DNA of 64,000 nt from an uncultured virus (IMG/VR IMGVR_UViG_2630968701_000001) (lineage: Duplodnaviria; Heunggongvirae; Uroviricota; Caudoviricetes): IMG/VR virus record IMGVR_UViG_2630968701_000001; one strand, written 5' to 3'. Position 1 is the first letter of the stretch, and the number at the start of each line of letters is the position of its first letter. The notes below the pieces were generated by a model. The model was not told the origin of the DNA and made no database searches. It saw nothing but the letters and a program-made list of their open reading frames with translations. This document shows, in pieces, positions 52,871-63,490 of this stretch. The position numbers and the translations under genes were made by a program.

Positions 52871-54184
52871 TTATTTTATGATATCATCTACAACCATCCG
52901 CTCTCCACGTACCAAAACCGCACATTGATCTTTAGAAATTTTGCGTAACTGTTTGATTTCTTTTTTCGCATATTTCTTTCCTGTAAAATTAGAAATGATT
53001 TTCTCATATTCTTTCAAATCAGACGACATTGCTTCATCTGTAAGAAGTTTATCGACATAAGAGTTTTTGTTGAATATGACTATATTGAAGAAATTCAAAG
53101 TTTCTTCATCTATATCATTGGTTTTAAGCACATTATGATCTTCTTTACTTTTTGAAAACAAAAATCTAAGCCGATCATGACTTTGCACAACACAAAAATA
53201 TCTTATATTATATCGATCCATATTCATGAATTTCTCAGACAAATTTCCAATGTAATCTCCCAGGAATGTTTCATTCCAAAAAACAATCTGTACAGGATAT
53301 ATTTGCTCTTTTCCTTCTGCAAATATTTCTTTCAGCATGAAATGAAATAATGATTTCATATATTCTTGAAAGATCTCAGCTCGTCCTATTTCAATAAAAA
53401 TTGCCATTTTTCTATTTTCCATTTCATTAAGATGCAGATTATTATCACAAGTTAACATCTGAAATTCTTTGCAATTTATGATGAAATTAGAATATACTGC
53501 AAGATTTACAAATGCCTGTTTTTGTTCTTCATAAGAATAATTGTCTTTGATAGAGTTCCATTCCTTTAAGATCAATACTTTAATCTCTTTGTCATAAACC
53601 ATTTCAAATTTAAATTCCATTCTTCTACGTCCATCTTTATTATCTGGGTGTAATTGCTTTAGTAACTCAATAATCGTCATAATATTACGTCGTTTCGTCA
53701 GACATTCATATCCTAGATAATATAAAATTATCCTTAATATGGAAGTCATTATGCTTTTTGACTGCACGACATTCGACTTATAATCCGCATTATATAAGAT
53801 ATCATCCAGTATAATAGAGGTAAGGTATTCAATATCCTCTGCATTGTGAATATATTCAAAAATATTACATTGATCGCTTTGTTCCGGATGATTAAAATCT
53901 ATAATTTTTGTTAGATACCCTTCTTTTTCTAGTTCCATTTTCGTGGACTCATATAAATAGCGATATGAATCAAATATGATATAGTTTTGGTTCGCCTGCA
54001 ATATATTTTTCTGTATAATTTGATCCGCATCATTCATTGTTATTGCCAATACATTATGATTTCTGCATTTTATATTTGCATCATTACAGATAGCTAGATG
54101 TTCACTTAAGATAAAGTTGTTTCTTGGATTTTCCTCATCTTTAAATTTTTTGTTAAACTGCTTTCTTTTTAATTGACCTAACAT
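52871..54184 (-). CDS. Degenerate VirD4 paralogue 1
   Basis: RNHNVLAI, NILQAN.NY..FD, LEKEGY..K..DF..PE.S..CN.F.YI; Walker A deleted. Confidence 0.85.
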   Translation of the reverse strand: MLGQLKRKQFNKKFKDEENPRNNFILSEHLAICNDANIKCRNHNVLAITMNDADQIIQKNILQANQNYIIFDSYRYLYESTKMELEKEGYLTKIIDFNHPEQSDQCNIFEYIHNAEDIEYLTSIILDDILYNADYKSNVVQSKSIMTSILRIILYYLGYECLTKRRNIMTIIELLKQLHPDNKDGRRRMEFKFEMVYDKEIKVLILKEWNSIKDNYSYEEQKQAFVNLAVYSNFIINCKEFQMLTCDNNLHLNEMENRKMAIFIEIGRAEIFQEYMKSLFHFMLKEIFAEGKEQIYPVQIVFWNETFLGDYIGNLSEKFMNMDRYNIRYFCVVQSHDRLRFLFSKSKEDHNVLKTNDIDEETLNFFNIVIFNKNSYVDKLLTDEAMSSDLKEYEKIISNFTGKKYAKKEIKQLRKISKDQCAVLVRGERMVVDDIIK

Positions 54185-54253
54185 ATAGTTCTCCTTTTTT
54201 TACATATAAGATTTACCTCTCCTACAATTCCTCATAGGAGAGGATTACTTTTT

Positions 54254-56260
54254 TTAAACAAAATCCCAAACTTCTGTTCCATTTTCATCTTTTTCGATGT
54301 CGCTTACAGCATTTTCTTTTACAGTATTAGGAGTTGCATCTACAATCTCTGATTTTGCATCACCTAACATATCATGGACCTCTTTTGCCGTTTTAGGAGA
54401 TCCTATTGGCTTCTTAGAAGGGTCTTCTAATCCTTCTGCATAAGCAGCACTCTTTTCTGCTGCCTTTTCCATATCAATGGAACGATATTTTGCATGATCC
54501 ATTTCTTTAGAATTGTCAAATGTGATAACATATCGATTTTCTTTTTTTGCATCACCAGTATATTTATAATTTGGATGCTTTGTATAATCATATTTGTGAC
54601 CTTTAAAAGGCTGCAATCCACGAACCATGACAATACAGTCGGAGTTATCCATTTTCTGTATTTCCGCTGGATCCATTAACTTACGAGCAGACCGATTGAA
54701 TGATAAACTGGAACTTCCCTTTGCTCCTCTGCTATGGCTCATGTTACGGATAACGATCGTTGCATCTCCAAGATCATCACTTACCTGTTTATTTGTCTCA
54801 GAGTCTTTTCCTCCAAGGAATATGGTTGTATCACAGTTACCTATGATTCCGGAGAAATCATCTTGATACATTCCTTTCAGCTGAGATATACTTTGCAGGA
54901 TAATGGTACAGCTGATCTCATATTTACGCATTGTCGCTAACTTTTGAGGAAACTGGGGGATTTTTCCAATATTTGCAAATTCGTCCAGTATAAATCTTAC
55001 ATGATGTGTTAATCTTTTTCCGTCACATTCGTTTTCTGCATGGAAATATAATGTTTCAAATAACTGAGAATACATTAAACTTACCAAGAAATTGAAAGTG
55101 TCATCTGCTGTTGGAATAATAACAAATAATGCTGTTTTTTCATCCCCGATTTTTCCTAATTCCAGATCATCTTTTCGTGTAAGATTTTCCACTGCTTCAA
55201 TGTTGAATGCTGATAAACGAACTGCTGCAGAAATCAAGATACTTTTCGCTGTCTTTGCTCCTGCTGTCTTAAATACTTTCCATTGTTTTACAGCGATATG
55301 ATTTGGATCTTTTTTCTCCAAACTTTCAAAGATGATATCTAAACTAGATTGTGCATTTGGATCCATTTCATTGATCTGAGCAGATCGAAGCATTTTCATA
55401 ACTGAAGCGAAATTCTGTTCTTTCTTCGGACGCTCTGATACAAGATAATAAATCAACGCCATTAATAATGCTGTTTCTGATTTTTCCCAGAATGGATCTC
55501 CACCTTTTCCTTTATCTTGATTTGTGTTTTGGATCAGACAGTTGACCAAAGACATAACACCTGCTTCATCTCTGATATAAGAAAATGGATTATAACAGTG
55601 TGATTTTTCCATCTGAACAAGATTAAAGACTTTGACTTTGTAACCTTCTTTTTCCAAAAACTTACCAGTGCTTTCCAGAATTTCTCCAGATGGGTCAGTA
55701 ACTACAAAGCTACAGTTTTCCTGTAAAATGTTTGGTTTTACAACAAATCGTGATTTACCTGTACCAGAACCACCAAAAATGATCACATTGTTATTTCTTA
55801 GGGTTTTTCTTGTATCCATGCTTAGAAAAACATCTTGATTCATGATCATGTTCATATCGATCTTCTTTTTTGTGTCATCGTCTTTTTTCTTTGTTTTTTT
55901 AGGATAATAGCGATATTTATTATTGTATTTCTGAAAATCGGTATTCCATTTTGATGATCCGTTTGTCTTGCTAGAATCAAAATGGCGGTTTCGTTCTTCA
56001 TTTACATAAGCCGCTGCAATCGCAATTACAAAGAGAAATGTCAAACTTCCTAAATACTGAAAGCTGTTTGATGTAATTGGGAAGATGTCCAAAGGTTTTG
56101 ATGTTAAGCGATCCAATGCTAGTTGAAAAATCGTAAGGATGTTATCATCTGGAACTTTTGGAGACACGATACTCATGTGGACACTTAATAAAAAGATTGC
56201 TAAATACGCAACAATTCCGGCACAGATGTAAAAAGATCTGTCACTTTTTTTTGCGTTCAA
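54254..56260 (-). CDS. virD4: VirD4/TraG coupling protein
   Basis: Two N-terminal TMs, GGSGTGKS, TDPSGE, LDEFANIG, LQSISQL. Confidence 0.95.
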   Translation of the reverse strand: MNAKKSDRSFYICAGIVAYLAIFLLSVHMSIVSPKVPDDNILTIFQLALDRLTSKPLDIFPITSNSFQYLGSLTFLFVIAIAAAYVNEERNRHFDSSKTNGSSKWNTDFQKYNNKYRYYPKKTKKKDDDTKKKIDMNMIMNQDVFLSMDTRKTLRNNNVIIFGGSGTGKSRFVVKPNILQENCSFVVTDPSGEILESTGKFLEKEGYKVKVFNLVQMEKSHCYNPFSYIRDEAGVMSLVNCLIQNTNQDKGKGGDPFWEKSETALLMALIYYLVSERPKKEQNFASVMKMLRSAQINEMDPNAQSSLDIIFESLEKKDPNHIAVKQWKVFKTAGAKTAKSILISAAVRLSAFNIEAVENLTRKDDLELGKIGDEKTALFVIIPTADDTFNFLVSLMYSQLFETLYFHAENECDGKRLTHHVRFILDEFANIGKIPQFPQKLATMRKYEISCTIILQSISQLKGMYQDDFSGIIGNCDTTIFLGGKDSETNKQVSDDLGDATIVIRNMSHSRGAKGSSSLSFNRSARKLMDPAEIQKMDNSDCIVMVRGLQPFKGHKYDYTKHPNYKYTGDAKKENRYVITFDNSKEMDHAKYRSIDMEKAAEKSAAYAEGLEDPSKKPIGSPKTAKEVHDMLGDAKSEIVDATPNTVKENAVSDIEKDENGTEVWDFV

Positions 56261-56461
56261 ACTTCCACGCTCCTTTCTTCATATTTCTGAGAATGCCTTC
56301 TCATTTCAAATATGATGTTTTTGAAAGAAAAAAATGGAGCTGAAAGCTTCCAAAAAATATAAACAATTTTTTTGAAAACGCCCATTTTATGCGGACTCCA
56401 ACGCTATATACACTGTATTTTACGTACAAAAAAATAGGCCCATATGGACCTATTTCTTGCA

Positions 56462-57859
56462 TTATCTGAATAATTCTTCTTCGATTGACTTTGTAACTTC
56501 ATGATCAATCTGTTGAGCCTGTGCATTTTTAAGTAATTCATCTAAAGAATTCATTACCATTTCTCTGTCTGGATAATACTGTTCCGGCTCTGCAAGATCT
56601 TTGTAAGTTGCTAAGATGGATTCTCCATATTCCCTAAGCTGTTCACGTTCACTTTCTTTTAAACTTTCTAAGTTGAATCGTTTTTCATTGTCTTGAACAT
56701 CTTGATCAATTTCTTCCTCATGTGTGCGGTTTACAATCTCATGAGCAAAAAATTCATGAATTCCAACTTCCCCATTGTAAAAGCTAGATACATTTTCAAT
56801 CTGATCCCCATTATCAAGAGACATTTTTTGTTCGATCAGCATTCTTAGATCTCGTTCTTTTTGAGCCATTTGACGATCTTCATAAGAACTATAACGATAA
56901 GATTCCTGTTTTTCTCTGATCAATGTTTTTCTTTTTTCAGGATCATTTCTTGTTTCTTCCCATTCTTTTTTAGGGATGATGATCGGATTTTTCATCGTAG
57001 CGATCTCTCGATACAACTGGCGCTCTAATTCTTTTCCTTTTCCTTCAAAATGTCTTAAAACACGTTTGCGATTCGGAGCTTCGCTTAAATGTTCAAATTC
57101 CTGATCCTGTACATGAATGTTTCGATGGATATTATTGGGGGATACGATATAAAAATCCCGTTCTTCTCCAACCTTTAATGGACGACTGGATTCTTTTAGA
57201 ATGTGACGCATATTATCAAGAGAACGCTCCATTTCATTGACATATCGTTCCCCAGTCTTTCCAAGTTCCATTGTCCTTATATGACTGTAAGCATCGCGCA
57301 CCTTGTCTCGGTCTTTTTCTTTAAAATAAATATCATAAGTTTTAGAATCCTCATGATATTGAGAAGATATTGTAAATCCTCTGTTCTTTGCTTCTTCGAG
57401 TATTCCTTTTTTCTGAATCTCATCTAATCCTTTATAGGAATATAGTGGGCGGCCATCTTCATTTTGCAGATTGTCTTTTGCCATAACTCCAAAATTCACT
57501 TCATTGATCACTCGCCCTCGTTCCATTGTCTTTTCAATTGCGTAATTCACAAGTGCCAGATCATCTTTTCTTACGATAAAAAAGTTTAGATCTTTATCAG
57601 GAATTGTATTTTGAATATTAGGGATTCCTAATTTTTCAAACTCTTGTTTCAGATCATTGATCGCAATATCTTTCACAGGAACCATATAAACATCATCTGA
57701 TTTATTGGCATATGCCTCATACAAGCTTTTGATGACTTCATATTCTTTTGCATCTTTTGAATGTTCTTCCAGATACTTTAAGAATTCTGCAGTGTCAGCA
57801 AATAAAGCATTTGCAAAACGGATAGTATAATTTAACGTTTGTTCTGCTACTCTACTCAT
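56462..57859 (-). CDS. Hypothetical protein upstream of virD4 (PcfB-like position)
   Basis: Long ORF, GGAGG RBS before MSRVAEQ; family inferred from position only. Confidence 0.65.
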   Translation of the reverse strand: MSRVAEQTLNYTIRFANALFADTAEFLKYLEEHSKDAKEYEVIKSLYEAYANKSDDVYMVPVKDIAINDLKQEFEKLGIPNIQNTIPDKDLNFFIVRKDDLALVNYAIEKTMERGRVINEVNFGVMAKDNLQNEDGRPLYSYKGLDEIQKKGILEEAKNRGFTISSQYHEDSKTYDIYFKEKDRDKVRDAYSHIRTMELGKTGERYVNEMERSLDNMRHILKESSRPLKVGEERDFYIVSPNNIHRNIHVQDQEFEHLSEAPNRKRVLRHFEGKGKELERQLYREIATMKNPIIIPKKEWEETRNDPEKRKTLIREKQESYRYSSYEDRQMAQKERDLRMLIEQKMSLDNGDQIENVSSFYNGEVGIHEFFAHEIVNRTHEEEIDQDVQDNEKRFNLESLKESEREQLREYGESILATYKDLAEPEQYYPDREMVMNSLDELLKNAQAQQIDHEVTKSIEEELFR

Positions 57860-58020
57860 AATTTTCCTCCTTTTTATTTCTACTTTAAGTATGCGAGATT
57901 TAAAAAAAAATAACGTTATACACTTTGTATAAAAATAATGTTGCAAATCACAACTTTTTCCCTTCAAAAATCTCATATTTAATGTAGAGTTATTTTTTAA
58001 ATTAATAAGGGAGAAAAATT

Positions 58021-58686
58021 ATGTATAGCAGAGAATTAATTTTTGAATACGAAAATGTATTAACTGAGAACAAACCATCTGTAAACCCATTTCTTTTTAA
58101 TCGCGGTGACTATGAAAATGAACGAAAAGCGTTATATATCATGAGATATGCGATTCAAACATATCTGAGATGGAATCCATATGAAGTAAGAGATCATATG
58201 ACGCATCGTATTTTAAAAATGTTGAAATTAGAAGCATTACTAAAATACATTACGTTTCCAAGCGTAATTCAGATTGAAGAAGACCGTGACCTATTTTATC
58301 TGGCCGTAAAGTTGTATCCAAAACAAATAAAATATAATGAAAAAGATCTGATCCTCAGAGTCTATAAACGCGTTTTAAAAGGCGATATGAAACGATTTCC
58401 AAAACAATTTCTTGCAGGAGCAGATGGATTATATCGTGCCAAATTATGTTTTCATTATATGATCACACAATATCTTACGTTTACAAGTATTGAAGATATG
58501 TATCGATTTTTCTCATCACGCGGAGGTGCTGTTGCTTTGAGAAAATATCGATTATCTCAGGTTTGCAAAGATCTGTTTGAATATAATGTTGATTTTCTGC
58601 ATGAATCATTATCTGAAGATCAAAAAGATGAACTACTGTATCATTATTACAGATTTTCGAATATTTACAAAAAGGGAATCCGGTGA
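58021..58686 (+). CDS. DUF4046-like repeat protein
   Basis: Two repeats of Y..VL.G..K.FP..F....A.....Y.I..YL. Confidence 0.6.
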   Translation: MYSRELIFEYENVLTENKPSVNPFLFNRGDYENERKALYIMRYAIQTYLRWNPYEVRDHMTHRILKMLKLEALLKYITFPSVIQIEEDRDLFYLAVKLYPKQIKYNEKDLILRVYKRVLKGDMKRFPKQFLAGADGLYRAKLCFHYMITQYLTFTSIEDMYRFFSSRGGAVALRKYRLSQVCKDLFEYNVDFLHESLSEDQKDELLYHYYRFSNIYKKGIR

Positions 58687-58700
58687 GGTCCCCTTTTTTC

Positions 58701-58958
58701 TTATCCTTCTTTTTCCAAATTTTCCTCATCTACAAAATTCAGATTTTTCTTTAAGATTTCATTGATATGTTTTTTCACTTCCTGTTCTTTCACGGTTTTA
58801 AATTCCCCATGTTCCATCAAACAGATCAAAAATTCAATTCCATATTCTTCATTTAACATTCTTTCAAAATCATCTAATTTATCGATCTGTATCATATCAT
58901 AAGCGTATTCTTTTCCTCTTTCTACGATTTTGTCATATGCTTCAAATGTAATGTTCAT
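58701..58958 (-). CDS. Small acidic hypothetical protein
   Basis: MNITFEAY...; follows recD2. Confidence 0.6.
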   Translation of the reverse strand: MNITFEAYDKIVERGKEYAYDMIQIDKLDDFERMLNEEYGIEFLICLMEHGEFKTVKEQEVKKHINEILKKNLNFVDEENLEKEG

Positions 58959-58974
58959 AATTCTGTTTTCCTTT

Positions 58975-61107
58975 CTAAGCAAATTGCTTTTTTAATTTTT
59001 CTGCTAATCCAGTAATCCGTTTTTGTTTATAAATATTAAGGATCGCTGTATACCAAGAATGATTTTGACTGTAGATCGTTACATCTTCTTTAAAACGTGA
59101 TACAGCAGTTAAAAATAAATTTCTACTCAACATGACAGATGGTGCTGCTGGCATGATAATACTTCCACTTTTATACTCCGACCCTTGTGATTTATGAATT
59201 GTGATCGCATAAGATAGCTGTACATCATCCAGATTTGATGCAGTGATCTCCAAAATTTCTTTTTTTCCTTCCAGCTCGATCGTTAATGTTTCATTCTCAA
59301 TTTTTCGAACGATTCCCATATCCCCATTGAAATAATCAAGATCATAGTTGTTATGGATCATCATGATCTGATCATTTACATGAAATATCTGATGCTTGTA
59401 TTCGATAACTTCGTGTGAATCGTAATTTAAAGAATGCTGAAAGTCATGATTGATCCTTTGTGTTCCATAATCATTCTTTTTTACCATTGATATGATCTGA
59501 GATCCCTTTTGACAGTATTCTTTGATCATAAATTTTACTGCATGATCAAAGCTTTCTGTTGTTGGGATATTATAAATTTTAAAATGTTCATCATGCACAA
59601 GATCTGTCTGCCCCTTTCGGATCTTTTGAATATTCTGTGAGATAGAGGATTCTTCTTTTTGTCGAAATACATGATCAAGAACATACGTTTCAAAAAGATC
59701 GCTTTCTTTAATATCATGTAATAAATTTCCTGCACCTACACTTGGCAACTGATCCTCATCTCCGCATAAGATAACAGTGCATCCTGATCTTACTGCTGAT
59801 AACAGATCAGAAAAAATGAAAACATCTACCATAGAAAACTCATCAATGATAATGATATCTGCTTCGATCGGATCAGACTGATTTTTACACACCTTTTCAC
59901 CAGCAATGATCTTATAATCGATCAATTTATGAATCGTCTGTGCTGGTCTTCCTGTAATTTCCGTAATACGCTGCGCAGCACGTCCGGTAGGGGCGCATAA
60001 AGAAACTTTTAATTCATGTTCGGAAGTCTGATAATATTCCAGTAAACGTTTGATCGTTGTTGATTTCCCTGTCCCTGGGCCACCGATCAATAATTTTACT
60101 CCAGAACGTAAAACCATATTTTCTGCTCTTTTTTGTGATTCTGATGGTATAAATTCACTTGGAAGATCAGGAATTTTCTGAAACATCTGTTTACTCGTTT
60201 GATCTAAACGCTTCATATGAAAGACAATATTGCTTTCTGCATCCCAGGTTTTTTTCTGATAAACATATTCATGATCTACCTTGATTCCCTTCATTTCCTG
60301 TACTATGAGCCAGATGGTCAGATATGGAATCGTGCATTCATAAATAGATTTTTCGGATAATCGGTTGATCTGTTCGATAAGTTCTTTTGCATGCATTTTT
60401 GTGTTTCCATGGTCTTCATTTCGTCTTAACACTTCATAAATCAAAGCTTCTACTCTTATTTTCTCATATGCAATGATCCCTGTTTTTTTAGCCAAAGCTT
60501 CACAGATCTCAAACGGAAGATCGATCTCATAACCCACACGATAGGGAGATTCTTTTAATTTATCAATTCCTGAAAATCCATATTTATCAATGAGTTTTTC
60601 AGCGCAGATCAGATCTGCATGTAATCTTGCAATAAAGAAATAGGTTTTTCTTACCATTTGCGTTTTCTGTGCTGTTTCGATCAAAATCTTTATTTTATCG
60701 TCATTCAACTTTGGTATTTTTTTGCTTTTAATCTCGTTAAATGCATTATCTCTACACAAAACATTATTTAATGTCCCTGGAAAGGCATCATATAGTGCTT
60801 TTGCTGTAACTTCTCCAATTCCTTTAAAATAATCAGAGCATAAATAAGAGATCAACGCATTTCGATCGTCAAATGTTTCTGTAATGGATTGAACAAGAAT
60901 ATATGGTCCCATACGAGATTGCATAACTTCTCCTTTAATCTCCACAGGCGTTTGTTTCATGATCGGATGCATACTCGCATAACATGTCACGTCTCCATAT
61001 TTATTTACATATTCCACAGTTTCTGTTGGTTTTATTGCAAATAATGTCTTTCCATTTTCAAAATTTCTTCGTATTGTTTTATGATAAATCCCATGAAATG
61101 TGATCAT
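58975..61107 (-). CDS. recD2: RecD2-like SF1B helicase (copy 2)
   Basis: GGPGTGKS, APTGRAA, DEFSMVD, QLPSVGAG, YAITIHKSQGSE; start after motif 61142-61177. Confidence 0.92.
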   Translation of the reverse strand: MITFHGIYHKTIRRNFENGKTLFAIKPTETVEYVNKYGDVTCYASMHPIMKQTPVEIKGEVMQSRMGPYILVQSITETFDDRNALISYLCSDYFKGIGEVTAKALYDAFPGTLNNVLCRDNAFNEIKSKKIPKLNDDKIKILIETAQKTQMVRKTYFFIARLHADLICAEKLIDKYGFSGIDKLKESPYRVGYEIDLPFEICEALAKKTGIIAYEKIRVEALIYEVLRRNEDHGNTKMHAKELIEQINRLSEKSIYECTIPYLTIWLIVQEMKGIKVDHEYVYQKKTWDAESNIVFHMKRLDQTSKQMFQKIPDLPSEFIPSESQKRAENMVLRSGVKLLIGGPGTGKSTTIKRLLEYYQTSEHELKVSLCAPTGRAAQRITEITGRPAQTIHKLIDYKIIAGEKVCKNQSDPIEADIIIIDEFSMVDVFIFSDLLSAVRSGCTVILCGDEDQLPSVGAGNLLHDIKESDLFETYVLDHVFRQKEESSISQNIQKIRKGQTDLVHDEHFKIYNIPTTESFDHAVKFMIKEYCQKGSQIISMVKKNDYGTQRINHDFQHSLNYDSHEVIEYKHQIFHVNDQIMMIHNNYDLDYFNGDMGIVRKIENETLTIELEGKKEILEITASNLDDVQLSYAITIHKSQGSEYKSGSIIMPAAPSVMLSRNLFLTAVSRFKEDVTIYSQNHSWYTAILNIYKQKRITGLAEKLKKQFA

Positions 61108-61213
61108 ATTATCTCTCCTATCTTTCTCTGTTCTAATACAAATATGAGAGAAAAAACAAAAATAAATTTTCACATATAAAAAAACTGACTCGAAAGAGAG
61201 CCAGCTTTTTACG

Positions 61214-61513
61214 TTATAATTCCATTGTTGGAAAAGAGTTGAAGATATCTTCTTCTTTGTATGGAGTTGTTGTAAATCCATTGATAATGTTCACATAATC
61301 AGCAAAACGATTATTTTTTAAATTCTGCTGTTTTTGTCCAGGGCTTAGATATTCTGTTTGATAAACAGTTTCTTTTTCGTTGTTTTTCACGCAAAATGTT
61401 AAAAAACATGGAATATCCAGATTATTGCATATTCTTTTGATCTCTTCTACCTTTTCTTTTAAATTTTTATTGTATTCTTTTGTTTTATTAAATTCTGTAA
61501 TCACATGATTCAC
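61214..61513 (-). CDS. Hypothetical protein in par operon
   Basis: Co-oriented after parR-like gene. Confidence 0.65.
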   Translation of the reverse strand: MNHVITEFNKTKEYNKNLKEKVEEIKRICNNLDIPCFLTFCVKNNEKETVYQTEYLSPGQKQQNLKNNRFADYVNIINGFTTTPYKEEDIFNSFPTMEL

Positions 61514-61521
61514 CCTTTCTG

Positions 61522-62310
61522 TTAAAAGCCTTGCATCATTTTTCCTGCAATGGCAAAGATACTGTCATTTTCATCTTCATCGTATGAATCATCGATATCA
61601 ACTGTCTCATTACTTATTTCATTATCCTGAGGTTCTGTAAATTCTGGTTCTTTTTGAATTTCGTCAATCTCCTCTGGTTCATTTACTTTGGTTTCCTGAT
61701 CTTTTGTGTTTGAAATTGGAATTGTTATTTTTCCCTTTATATTAGAATTCGATGTTTTATCTTTATATTCTTCTTTTATCTCTTCTGAATGATCATATTC
61801 GCTATTTTTAGCTTCATCATCAAGTCTGTCATTAACTTCTCTTTTTTCTTGTTCTTCCTTATTGACTTCTTGGATTTTATTCTCTTTTTTATCATCAACA
61901 ATAATATCCTGGTCCTTTTTATCGTCATTAGCGGCCGCTTCGGCACTTTTATGATTTAAAATTAACATCTCATCTGCCCGATGAACATTCATTGTATAAT
62001 AATAATAAATCCCACATAAAGAATTTCGAAACATATTCTTTAAAATGCTGTTTTTATAGCCAGCTTTTATATTCCGAATCCACATGATCACATCTTGATC
62101 CTCTTTAGGATGAAAATTTAGTTGAAACTGAATTGTTTCATAACTAAATGTATCATCCTGAGGTTCTGGAATCTGTATTTTTTGTGGAGTTCCACGAATG
62201 TAATTACGAACAGCACTTTTAAAGGATTCTTTAAATTTAAATTCCGAATTGTGATATAACGACAATAGATCGATGTCATATCGTTTGTAAAGACGTATCG
62301 TTACTCGCAT
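61522..62310 (-). CDS. ParR-like adaptor candidate
   Basis: Directly after ParM; two ribbon-helix-helix-like segments, long acidic tail. Confidence 0.55.
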   Translation of the reverse strand: MRVTIRLYKRYDIDLLSLYHNSEFKFKESFKSAVRNYIRGTPQKIQIPEPQDDTFSYETIQFQLNFHPKEDQDVIMWIRNIKAGYKNSILKNMFRNSLCGIYYYYTMNVHRADEMLILNHKSAEAAANDDKKDQDIIVDDKKENKIQEVNKEEQEKREVNDRLDDEAKNSEYDHSEEIKEEYKDKTSNSNIKGKITIPISNTKDQETKVNEPEEIDEIQKEPEFTEPQDNEISNETVDIDDSYDEDENDSIFAIAGKMMQGF

Positions 62311-62326
62311 ATCAGATCACCATCCT

Positions 62327-63490
62327 TTAATATCCCATTTGTCTCAAAGTCCCGATCAAATTCATATAGTACCCTCTTACATTATTAAAAATGCTAGGAA
62401 GATTGTCATTCTGTGTTCCTGGAATGATCTTCAATGTCTCTAATCCTGAAAAATATTGGATGATATCTGGTTTCCATACAGCAGATAATCCACCTGTTGG
62501 AATCAGATAATCGCAGTTAAATAAAGCATTGTAAACGGAACACAACTTATCTAAAGCTTCATTGCATACTTCATTGCAAGATTCTTCCAAAAGATTTGCA
62601 AATGGGACATCTTTTGAAATTGGTCTTCCATTTTTTCGACTCTTGATACGTATATTCCCAGTTTTTAGATTTGACTGCATGGAAGCGATCGGGATATCTT
62701 CATTATATTGCTCCTGTATTTTTTTTCTTGTTTTGTTTAAGATTTCTTTCATGCTCAGTTCATTGAAGGTACTTTGATCTTCAATTGTCTGATTTTTGAT
62801 ATAAAATGTATCACATGTCCCAAATCCTGGATCAAAAATGATGAGATTTGAGCTCCACAGTTTCTTTGCTTCTGGAACCTGACGACCATTTCGATCGAAA
62901 GATACGCTGAATAAAGTGCCCATTGGCTGTGGCATGATCGCAATATCCTGTTTTGTGATCTGAAAATCAAATTCTTTCCATGGATCTTCCCCGACCTTCA
63001 TGCGAAAATGGTGCTTTCCAGACATAGATTCAACCAGATCTTCTTTGTCTGTCATATATTTTGGTGGTAATCCAGTTTGAATTTTGATCGAACGCCCTGA
63101 TGGGCCACCATACTGATTATCAAACATTCCCATAGCTAATCCACATCTTGTGATCACTTTAAACATTGGAGAAAAATATCTTTTTCTTCCATATAATTCA
63201 GACTCGCTATCATGTTCATCTGCCATTTCCTGTGCCATTTCTCCTACGATCCAGCTTTCTCCTGTTTCTAAATCTTCATATAAGATTCTTGTCTTGCTGA
63301 CTGATCCGATACTAAGCAAAGGCCCTTCTAATTTTTTTGCAAAACTTGGAATACAAGCAGCTGCATTTTCGCAAAATACTTTGACACTGGAATATCCAAT
63401 ATCAATTGCGATACCCCAAGCTTTTTTTACGCCAACGTTTTTCCGAGGGATGTATAACGTTTTCGTTTTAAAATCAATCGTGTTAATCAT
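62327..63490 (-). CDS. parM: ParM/StbA actin-like partition ATPase
   Basis: IDIGYSSVK, TGLP, MPQP.G, DPGFGT.D, TGG. Confidence 0.9.
   Translation of the reverse strand: MINTIDFKTKTLYIPRKNVGVKKAWGIAIDIGYSSVKVFCENAAACIPSFAKKLEGPLLSIGSVSKTRILYEDLETGESWIVGEMAQEMADEHDSESELYGRKRYFSPMFKVITRCGLAMGMFDNQYGGPSGRSIKIQTGLPPKYMTDKEDLVESMSGKHHFRMKVGEDPWKEFDFQITKQDIAIMPQPMGTLFSVSFDRNGRQVPEAKKLWSSNLIIFDPGFGTCDTFYIKNQTIEDQSTFNELSMKEILNKTRKKIQEQYNEDIPIASMQSNLKTGNIRIKSRKNGRPISKDVPFANLLEESCNEVCNEALDKLCSVYNALFNCDYLIPTGGLSAVWKPDIIQYFSGLETLKIIPGTQNDNLPSIFNNVRGYYMNLIGTLRQMGY

Noticed and set aside
61108..61281. N-terminal extensions in the ORF track (also 10670, 13136, 16745, 24109, 5951, 57976)
   Set aside because: They run through motifs or IS ends; better RBS-linked starts or interrupted-gene joins exist
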